Position numbers and translations under genes: made by a program. From an uncultured Deinococcales bacterium (GTDB lineage: Bacteria; Deinococcota; Deinococci; Deinococcales; JAAFIG01), in the NCBI GenBank assembly GCA_964247135.1, contig CAXTTL010000128.1, positions 1 through 13,990 of the forward strand: 13,990 bases of DNA. Direction: 5' to 3'. Below, piece after piece: positions 7,373-13,990 of this stretch. The notes under the pieces were generated by a model. The model saw only the letters and a list, made by a program, of their open reading frames with translations, did no database searches and was not told the origin of the DNA. How positions within the stretch are numbered: the first letter of the stretch is position 1; each line of letters opens with the position of its first letter.

Positions 7373-8182
7373 TTATTCCGAAGACCAGGAGGTGCGAAAA
7401 TCTGGGTAGAGCGTCAAACCGCCGTCCACAAAAATCGTCTGCCCCGTAATGTAGCCGCCCAGATCGCTTGCCAGAAACGCCACGGTTTCCGCCATCTCGT
7501 CGCTTGTGCCAGCGCGACCCATCGGAATGTGCGATTCGACCATCGCCCGCTTGTCGGGATCATCAATCCAGGAACGGTTGATCGGTGTGACCGTCGCGCC
7601 AGGACCCACGCCATTGACCCGAATGCCGCGCCCTGCGTACTCGAGCGCCAAAGTGTGCGTTAGGTTTTGCATTCCGCCTTTGCTGACGCTGTAACCCAAA
7701 AAACGCGGCTTGGGAATGACCTGGTGAACGCTCGAGATGTTGATGATGCTGCCAGGTTTTTTTGCCTCGAGAAGATGCTGAACGGTTCGCTGGGCGCACA
7801 TGAACGCGCCGCGCAGGTTGGTGTTCAAAACGCGATCAAATTGTTGCACGGTCATCTCGTGCGAATCTGCTGGAATTTGAATGCCGGCGTTGTTGATCAA
7901 AATATCCAAAGTCCCCCAGTCGTTCAAAACCGTGTTGAACATCTGCGCCACGTCTTCTTCTTTGGAGACATCCGCCTGCACCAAAATGTCTTTGACCCCG
8001 TGTTGACGCACAGAATTTCGGCAGAACTGAATCGCGTCTTCGGTTTTTTGGGCTTCATCGCGGTTGCTGTAATAATTGATTGCCACGTCCGCACCGTACT
8101 CTGCGAACTTCACCGCGATTGCCTGCCCGATGCCGCTCGAGCCACCCGTGACCAAGACCTTCTTGCCTTTTAAACCTTTCAT
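7373..8182 (-). CDS. SDR oxidoreductase, glucose 1-dehydrogenase-like
   Basis: TGGSSGIG, INNAG, NISSVHQVIP, catalytic YSVSK, LALEYA..GIRVN..GPG..TPIN, as in Gdh-type SDRs. AAGGAG RBS. Substrate unverified. Confidence 0.9.
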   Translation of the reverse strand: MKGLKGKKVLVTGGSSGIGQAIAVKFAEYGADVAINYYSNRDEAQKTEDAIQFCRNSVRQHGVKDILVQADVSKEEDVAQMFNTVLNDWGTLDILINNAGIQIPADSHEMTVQQFDRVLNTNLRGAFMCAQRTVQHLLEAKKPGSIINISSVHQVIPKPRFLGYSVSKGGMQNLTHTLALEYAGRGIRVNGVGPGATVTPINRSWIDDPDKRAMVESHIPMGRAGTSDEMAETVAFLASDLGGYITGQTIFVDGGLTLYPDFRTSWSSE

Positions 8183-8208
8183 GATTGCTCCTTTGTGTTC
8201 TTGTTTCT

Positions 8209-8234
8209 GTAGGGGCGAACCTTGTGTTCGCCCT
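8209..8234 (+). repeat. GTAG-type REP hairpin
   Basis: GTAG-GGGCGAAC-CTTGT-GTTCGCCC-T: a GTAG tetramer next to a perfect 8-bp stem, between DUF5996 and the Gdh-like gene. Confidence 0.75.
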
Positions 8235-8307
8235 CAGCGAAGGTAAATTCTCGAGGAAGGTCAATTTAGAGCCTGTTGGAAAAGTAACCGAGCCATTGAG
8301 GAAAAAA

Positions 8308-9174
8308 TTACGGTTTCAAGCTTGGCGCAAGACTATGAAACACAACCTCGAGCGCGTTTTCGATCAACGCTTCTGGATCATCGGAAGCCTCGAGCACGCC
8401 ATACGGCATGACCATGCCCTTCCAACCCTGCGTGTGCCACTGTGCGCCCGTCGCAAGCGGCAATTGCTCGAAGCCTTCTGGCATTGGGTAGGCGTAAGCG
8501 TAAAGGTAGGGTTGGTCAAATTCGGCATCGAACGGCGCGAAACCAAAATTCATGTGCGGCGCATTCTCATCGTGTTTTTCGCCTGCAAACCAGAGGGTTG
8601 AAAGGTCAAAATGCTCGGACCAGACCACGGCTGGCGTGACAAAACCCGTCAGCCTCGAGCGCCAACGTGAGATCGCGCCGAATGTCCGCCAGAGTGCCAT
8701 GCCATACGTCGCGCTGAGTTTGGTGTCGATCTGCATTGGATCGGTGTTGCTGACCTGAAGCGAGCCGTCGAGCTTGTGGTGCTTGGCTTTTAAAGCCGCC
8801 AGAAAAGCGCTTTCAAATGAGCCATCTATCGCTTCGACCAAAGGCTGCCCTTGGCGGTGCAACGTCTCGAGCAGCACCTCGAGCAAACCAGCTTGGGTGC
8901 GTCCCGAGATGGTCATGCTTTCAACCTGACCACTGGGCGAGATCACCAGCATTGTGCCTTCTTGAAAATCGAGTTTGAGGCTGCCACCCGAAGGCAGGTT
9001 CTCGCTCGAGACTCCTATTTTTTCAACCCTCAATGCCAGTTCCAAATAGTTCTCGACGGGTTCGCGGGTCAGCAACCTGATCGCGCCGAGAATCTGTGCG
9101 GCTTGGTGAAGACCACGGGCGGTTTGCGTCCAACCCTCGAGTGATCCAAACTTCAATGGTGCTGCTGGGTTCAT
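8308..9174 (-). CDS. DUF5996-like protein
   Basis: W..T...LH...QILG, WSEHFDLS and GFAP......PYLYAYAYP motifs. ATGA overlap with the upstream gene; GGAGG RBS. Confidence 0.78.
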   Translation of the reverse strand: MNPAAPLKFGSLEGWTQTARGLHQAAQILGAIRLLTREPVENYLELALRVEKIGVSSENLPSGGSLKLDFQEGTMLVISPSGQVESMTISGRTQAGLLEVLLETLHRQGQPLVEAIDGSFESAFLAALKAKHHKLDGSLQVSNTDPMQIDTKLSATYGMALWRTFGAISRWRSRLTGFVTPAVVWSEHFDLSTLWFAGEKHDENAPHMNFGFAPFDAEFDQPYLYAYAYPMPEGFEQLPLATGAQWHTQGWKGMVMPYGVLEASDDPEALIENALEVVFHSLAPSLKP

Positions 9175-9698
9175 CCTTGACCTCCTGGTGAAACTGAAAC
9201 CGTTAATGGTGGTGTTGCCAAACCCGAGACGCGCGACACCTCAAACTCGACCGCACCGTGCGAGCGACGAATCTCAAAACTCACCACCAGCAAACCGATC
9301 AAGACCGAAGCCGTGCCAAGCAAAAACACCAGCAATGCTGCGACCGAAACCCATTGGCTTTCAAGGGCGTTTGCCAGGGCAATCAACAACATGCTAAGCA
9401 CACAACAAACCGCCCCCAAATAAACAAAAACCAGCGCATTTCGCATCAGCTTGTGGCGCTGTAAAAGTTCAGGAAGCTGGGTGTCGATCTCGCTCAGACG
9501 CTCCAAGGTCAGCGCAGTGTCAAAACCCGAAGCCGCATTTCGCAGGCACTCGAGCCGTTCACGGTTGAGGTCACGAAGCCGCCCGTTGATTGCCCCGTAA
9601 TGCGCCAGCAAACCAGTCAACAAGACCGCGCAAGCATTGACCATGACGGTTGGGGCAAGAATAAACTGCATGGTTTTGGCAATCATCTCGAGGTTCAT
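9171..9698 (-). CDS. DUF2721-family membrane protein
   Basis: ILAPTVMVNACAVLL..L...Y..I..RLR pattern with three hydrophobic segments. AGGAG RBS. Confidence 0.85.
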   Translation of the reverse strand: MNLEMIAKTMQFILAPTVMVNACAVLLTGLLAHYGAINGRLRDLNRERLECLRNAASGFDTALTLERLSEIDTQLPELLQRHKLMRNALVFVYLGAVCCVLSMLLIALANALESQWVSVAALLVFLLGTASVLIGLLVVSFEIRRSHGAVEFEVSRVSGLATPPLTVSVSPGGQG

Positions 9699-9729
9699 CG
9701 CAGACTCCTGAACATTTTTATTTTCATGG

Positions 9730-9870
9730 TCATTCTGATTCGGTTTTTTGGTTTTCTTCAGGCGGCTGCTCGAGTTTGCTCTCGAGCACTGGTCGGGCGG
9801 GCGCGTAATCGGCTTCCCAAAACATGCGGGCGATGTCTTGCGCCGAAAGTTCGATGTGCTCGGTTTTCAT
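9730..9870 (-). CDS. Small hypothetical protein (46 aa)
   Basis: Hand translation: MKTEHIELSAQDIARMFWEADYAPARPVLESKLEQPPEENQKTESE*. GGAGG RBS 6 nt before the ATG; stop 31 bp upstream of DUF2721. Confidence 0.65.
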   Translation of the reverse strand: MKTEHIELSAQDIARMFWEADYAPARPVLESKLEQPPEENQKTESE

Positions 9871-10187
9871 GGTTAACCTCCAACGCCGTCGCACCCTCGA
9901 GAAACAACTCGGGCTTGGCGATCAAACGTTTTGTGTGTTTGAGGAATGACGTTCCCCTCGGGTCATATGATGCGGTTTCAAAGCGAAATTGAAATCGGCG
10001 CAACGACTCGGAATTTGAAAGGGATTGATACGTCAAATGTCGTGGGAGCACTGAGGGTTGACGCGGAGTGGACCGCAACTTAGAACCGGCTTCGCCAAGC
10101 TCGATTGGTGGGCGTAAACGAATTGAATGGCTCGAGGTTTTGATTCGAGCCGAACGATTGGGAATCATGGCGATCACAAAATCTGGG

Positions 10188-10193
10188 TATGCT
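10188..10193 (+). promoter_or_regulatory. -10 element of a putative leaderless AraC transcript
   Basis: TATGCT followed by 7 nt then ATG 10201; no convincing Shine-Dalgarno. Confidence 0.55.
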
Positions 10194-10200
10194 GAGATCA

Positions 10201-11037
10201 ATGAACCATTGGCAGTATCAAGCACACGCGGTCTTGAAACCATTTTTAGAATGCCTATGGGTCTCAACCGAAGATTTCACACCGCCAGACAAGGTCATTG
10301 AAATCCTACCGGATGCCGAGATTGAATTGATTTTTGCTTTCGGTTCGCCGATCTGGGTTGAGCACTCGAGCATCAGGCGTCAAGTGGCGAAGTGTTTTGC
10401 CGTTGGCTTGTTGACCAAACCGATTCGCTTTGGCGCGAGTGGTCCGGTCACCGTTGTTGCGGCGCGTTTCAACGCCAGCGGATTCTATGCCCTGGTGGGA
10501 TCGTTTTTGAACCCCGAGCAACAACCCGTCGGTCACCTCGGCGATGAATGGGTCAGCCTCGGCGCTCAACTCGAAGATGCACTTCTTACGCACGGGCGAA
10601 ATGCTGCCGTTCAAGTACTCCATGAGTTCCTGATCGAACGGGCGTTGAAGCTCACCTTGGACGCTCGAGTGATCGACGCTGCCATCGCCGAACTGATGCT
10701 GGAACAAGGACAGATCACAATCGGCGAACTTGCCGACCGCTATCAGGTTTCAACGCGGCAACTCGAGCGCGAATTTCGCTCGAAGGCGGGGACATCACCG
10801 AAGTTGCTCAGTCAATTGATGCGCTTTCAACACGTGCGAGATGCCCTGTGGCGCGATCCATCGTTGAACCTCGCGGAGCTTGCCTTGAGCGCGGGTTATG
10901 CCGACCAGGCGCACTTCAGCCGAGAGTTTCGCCGTCTGGCAGAGCGCACCCCTCGAGCATTCGCAACAAACATGAAAGCCACCCGAGCATTTTTGAACGC
11001 CAGCGGTGTCGCTTTTCTTCAAGACCAAAGCCCGTAA
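10201..11037 (+). CDS. AraC-family transcriptional regulator (DUF6597-like N-terminal domain)
   Basis: L.PFLECLW and ILPDA..ELIF at the N-terminus; HTH region STRQLEREF...GTSPK...RF and LALSAGYADQAHFSREFRRLA..TP. Start 10201 preferred because a TATGCT -10 lies 7 nt upstream. Confidence 0.92.
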   Translation: MNHWQYQAHAVLKPFLECLWVSTEDFTPPDKVIEILPDAEIELIFAFGSPIWVEHSSIRRQVAKCFAVGLLTKPIRFGASGPVTVVAARFNASGFYALVGSFLNPEQQPVGHLGDEWVSLGAQLEDALLTHGRNAAVQVLHEFLIERALKLTLDARVIDAAIAELMLEQGQITIGELADRYQVSTRQLEREFRSKAGTSPKLLSQLMRFQHVRDALWRDPSLNLAELALSAGYADQAHFSREFRRLAERTPRAFATNMKATRAFLNASGVAFLQDQSP

Positions 11038-11056
11038 ACAGGGCATGATGAAATTC

Positions 11057-11440
11057 ATGACAAACTTACACACGATTGGAATCGTTGCCGCCGACCTGAA
11101 AAAAACGCTCGGGTTTTACCGTGTTTTGGGGCTTGAGATTCCAGAAGCTCTGGAGGGTGAAGACAATATCGATGTCAAAATATCGGACGCCATCACGCTC
11201 GGGTTTTTAAGTGAAACCCTGGCACGGCGTGCCGACCCAAAGTTTCAGACCCCAGTCGGGCAGAGCATGAACCTTCAGTTTGAATGCTCGAGCGCCAGCG
11301 AGGTGGACGCGACCTTTCAACGCTTGATCGACCACAGTTACGAGGCTTACGCCGAACCTTGGGACGCCTTCTGGGGACAACGTTTCGCGCGGATCAAAGA
11401 CCCAGACGGTCGTGTGGTCAACCTTTTTGCTCAACTGTAG
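11057..11440 (+). CDS. VOC/glyoxalase-bleomycin-resistance superfamily protein
   Basis: IGIVAADL..TLGFY..LGL, LQFEC....EVDA and PWDAFWGQRFARIKDPDG. Start uncertain (11045, 11048 or 11057). Confidence 0.9.
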   Translation: MTNLHTIGIVAADLKKTLGFYRVLGLEIPEALEGEDNIDVKISDAITLGFLSETLARRADPKFQTPVGQSMNLQFECSSASEVDATFQRLIDHSYEAYAEPWDAFWGQRFARIKDPDGRVVNLFAQL

Positions 11441-11449
11441 CGTCTCGAG

Positions 11450-12091
11450 CTATTTGAGTTTTATTTTGAAAGTCGCGCCCGTTTTCGCCTGTACCTCTTC
11501 CAAGCCCACCCCAGGTGCGAGTTCGACAAGCTCAAGTCCAGCTTTGGTGACGTCCAAAACGCACAAGTCCGTGATGATTCTATTGACCACCGCTTGACCT
11601 GTTAAGGGCAAATCGCAATGCTCGAGAATCTTGTGAACCTCGTTTTTCGCCACATGTTCCATCAAGACCATCACGCGTTGCACGCCCGCGACCAAATCCA
11701 TCGCGCCGCCCATGCCTTTGACCATTTTGCCTGGAATCATCCAGTTTGCCAGATCGCCGTGTTGTGAGACTTGCATTGCGCCCAAGATCGCAAGGTTGAT
11801 GTGCCCGCCGCGAATCATGGCGAAACTATCGCTGCTCGAGAAAAAACTTGCACCAGGCAGCGCGGTCACGGTTTGCTTGCCGGCGTTGATTAGGTCGGCG
11901 TCCACGTCTTGCTCGAGCGGGAACGGTCCAATGCCCAGAAGTCCATTTTCGGATTGCAAAATCACATCCCTGCCTTCGGGAATAAAATTGGCGACCAAGG
12001 TCGGCAGTCCAATGCCCAGGTTGACATAAAAACCATCTTGCAATTCTTGTGCGGCTCGAGCCGCCATTTGATCGTGCGTCCAAGCCATCAT
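11450..12091 (-). CDS. scoB: 3-oxoacid CoA-transferase subunit B
   Basis: VNLGIGLPT, catalytic Glu in [39 protein letters not shown] overlap with subunit A. Confidence 0.93.
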   Translation of the reverse strand: MMAWTHDQMAARAAQELQDGFYVNLGIGLPTLVANFIPEGRDVILQSENGLLGIGPFPLEQDVDADLINAGKQTVTALPGASFFSSSDSFAMIRGGHINLAILGAMQVSQHGDLANWMIPGKMVKGMGGAMDLVAGVQRVMVLMEHVAKNEVHKILEHCDLPLTGQAVVNRIITDLCVLDVTKAGLELVELAPGVGLEEVQAKTGATFKIKLK

Positions 12092-12795
12092 GCCACCTCG
12101 AGATTGCGGGTGGTGCGTTTTTCGATGCGTTTTTCTGGATTTGAATTGAGCACCAGGCGCTGCACAAAAACCCCTGGGGTGTGAACATCATCAGGCTCGA
12201 GTTCGCCGACCTCAACAATTTCTTCGACTTCGGCGACCGTGATTTTGCCGCACATGGCGATCATCGGGTTAAAGTTTCGCGCGGTTTTGCGGTAAATCAA
12301 ATTGCCCAGACGGTCTGCCTTCCAGGCTTTCACCAGCGACACATCGGCTTTGATGCCACGCTCGAGGATAAAGGTTTCGCCGTCAAAATCTTGGTGTTGT
12401 TTGCCGGTGGCGACCACCGTGCCGACACCCGTTTTGGTGTAAAACCCCGGAATGCCCGCACCGCCCGCCCGCAATCTTTCGGCGAGCGTGCCTTGAGGCA
12501 CAAACTCGAGTTCGAGTTCACCGCCCAAAAATTGGCGTTCAAATTCTTTGTTCTCGCCCACGTAACTCGAGATCATTTTTTTGACTTGTCTCGACTCGAG
12601 CAGCAATCCCAAGCCCCAACCGTCGACGCCGGCGTTGTTGCTGGCAACGGTCAGGTTTTGCACGCCAGAATCGCGCAGCGCACGAATCAGGCTCTCTGGA
12701 ATACCGCACAGTCCGAAACCGCCAACCGCAAGCAGTTGAGAATCTTGAACGATACCGGCTAAAGCAGCGTTGGCGTCTTGATAGAGCTTATTCAT
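12088..12795 (-). CDS. scoA: 3-oxoacid CoA-transferase subunit A (235 aa)
   Basis: [46 protein letters not shown]. Start placed at ATG 12795 (MNKLY), downstream of AAGGAG. Confidence 0.93.
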   Translation of the reverse strand: MNKLYQDANAALAGIVQDSQLLAVGGFGLCGIPESLIRALRDSGVQNLTVASNNAGVDGWGLGLLLESRQVKKMISSYVGENKEFERQFLGGELELEFVPQGTLAERLRAGGAGIPGFYTKTGVGTVVATGKQHQDFDGETFILERGIKADVSLVKAWKADRLGNLIYRKTARNFNPMIAMCGKITVAEVEEIVEVGELEPDDVHTPGVFVQRLVLNSNPEKRIEKRTTRNLEVA

Positions 12796-12820
12796 GTTGG
12801 GTTTGAACTCCTTGAAGATC

Positions 12821-12826
12821 ATTTTA
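12821..12826 (-). promoter_or_regulatory. Putative -10 element for scoAB
   Basis: TAAAAT 7 nt upstream of the AAGGAG RBS in an AT-rich stretch; no clear -35. Confidence 0.35.
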
Positions 12827-13012
12827 CTTCTTGAAGTCCAAGAAATTGAAAACAAAAATGAAGACGCCATCTCGAAAAGGCTCGATCAAAAGATTCAAAT
12901 CACGCTTCATCTGCCCCAACCTCAAACGCACCGCAATGGCGTGTTCAGCCATGCCCTGTTACGAGACCAGGGCTATCGCCGGCTCGAGCTTGCAGGTTTG
13001 CCATTGCAAAGT

Positions 13013-13990
13013 TCAGTCCGCACCGACGAGCGCCTCAGAAAAACTTGGGATGTTGACAAAGCCGTCAGAATACACAGCATGACCTTGACGGAATGTGGCG
13101 CGAACCCGAGGGTGTTCGGTTTCTTCGACCAGGGCAAGGTCGGCTCGTAACCCAGGCTCGAGTCGTCCTCGGTCCGAGAGGTTTGCGGAACGTGCGGCGT
13201 TCTTGGTAATCAGGGACACGGCGTGCTCGAGGGACAAAATGTGTTCTCGAGCAATTTTGTAAACGCTTTGCAACAGCGCCGCAGGGTAATAATCGGCTGC
13301 CAGCACGTCCACCACGCCCGCCCGAATCCCCTCGAGCGCCGAGAGGTTGCCCGAGTGCGAAGCCCCGCGCAGCGCGTTCGGTGCGCCCATCGCCACGAAC
13401 ATGTTTTTGCTTTTTGCCGCCCGCGCCGCCTCGAGCGTGACCGGAAATTCGCTGATGGTCGCGCCAAAACCCTCCATCATGCCCACTTTGGCGCTGGTGT
13501 CATCGTCGTGGCTTGCCAGCGCCACACCGCGCTCGAGACAGAGTTTTGAAATCTCATGCCCAACATTCCAAGCCACGGGCGCACGCTGAGACTCTTCCAA
13601 CCTCGCCTTGACGGTGTTCTCGGCTTGCTCGCGGTCGGTGCCGAGCCACTTGACCATGTAATTGACGTAAGTCTCCAGGTCACGAAACTGTCCCTGCCCT
13701 GGCGTGTGATCCATCAAGGAAACCATCTGCACCAAATCCCGCTCGAGCAGTCTTCTCAGGAACGGCGCCGAGATGGCGGTGCTGACCTCAAACCTGGCAT
13801 GAACCAGCATGTCGATGCCGAGCTGCGGGCGAAGTTCGTGGATGGTTTGGATCAGTTCATTGGCTCGAGCCTCCGAACGCAAGCCTGGACCATCGGACAG
13901 CGCAACGGCGGCAAACGCCGTGGTGATGCCAGATGCCGCGAGGCGTTTGTCGAGTTCCAAGACCGCCAGTTTTGCTGCAAACATCGTACC
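13013..13990 (-). CDS. phnM: Alpha-D-ribose 1-methylphosphonate 5-triphosphate diphosphatase (5' end beyond window)
   Basis: D..LAASGITT, HARFE, SLMDHTPGQGQF, ASHDD, SEFP.T, MGAPN..RG.SHSGN, DYYP, DRG.L.PG.RADL. The frame stays open to the window edge. Confidence 0.93.
   Translation of the reverse strand, partial: GTMFAAKLAVLELDKRLAASGITTAFAAVALSDGPGLRSEARANELIQTIHELRPQLGIDMLVHARFEVSTAISAPFLRRLLERDLVQMVSLMDHTPGQGQFRDLETYVNYMVKWLGTDREQAENTVKARLEESQRAPVAWNVGHEISKLCLERGVALASHDDDTSAKVGMMEGFGATISEFPVTLEAARAAKSKNMFVAMGAPNALRGASHSGNLSALEGIRAGVVDVLAADYYPAALLQSVYKIAREHILSLEHAVSLITKNAARSANLSDRGRLEPGLRADLALVEETEHPRVRATFRQGHAVYSDGFVNIPSFSEALVGAD

Noticed and set aside
8266-8286. TTAGAGCCTGTTGGAAAAGTA as a possible IS/MITE end
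   Set aside because: No partner inverted repeat or transposase found in the window.
10025-10036. FNR-like box TTGATACGTCAA
   Set aside because: Two bases shorter than TTGAT-N4-ATCAA.
9758-10267. 169-aa minus-strand ORF
   Set aside because: Arg/Ser/Pro-rich, no RBS, and it overlaps the AraC start and the better-supported 46-aa ORF.
11441-11449. Terminator between convergent VOC and scoB
   Set aside because: Only 9 bp separate the stop codons; there is a CTCGAG but no stem-loop with a U-tract.
12824-12952. 42-aa minus-strand ORF (MAEHAIAVRL...) between phnM and scoA
   Set aside because: Weak RBS, no motif, and its end overlaps the likely scoA promoter; not excluded but unsupported.
1-13990. 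CTCGAG abundance as a cloning or concatemer artefact of XhoI fragments
   Set aside because: Reading frames and protein motifs run intact across the sites, so they are native sequence.

Overview
Bacterial chromosomal segment, roughly 55-60% GC by eye, possibly Deinococcota (inferred from two leaderless-type promoters; not verified). Most of it is a co-oriented minus-strand run: an unannotated 46-aa ORF, DUF2721, DUF5996, a glucose-1-dehydrogenase-like SDR, a cyclase-family hydrolase, a 100-aa hypothetical, a GMC oxidoreductase, a pteridine-reductase-like SDR, DUF1622, a GAF-PAS-GAF HisKA_3 sensor kinase and a NarL-family regulator (cut by the window edge). A divergent AraC + VOC pair follows, then minus-strand scoA/scoB and the 3' part of phnM. 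Two DNA-level signals stand out. (1) The palindrome CTCGAG occurs about 102 times by hand count (about 4 expected), in all reading frames and between genes, like a HIP-type iterated palindrome. (2) Five copies of a 35-38 bp structured mini-element (TCTTG-stem-A-rich-GCACCT-NN-CGGGC-stem'-CGC) have compensatory stem changes. They sit only inside REP-like palindromes; one is nested in another copy and one interrupts a CTCGAG site.
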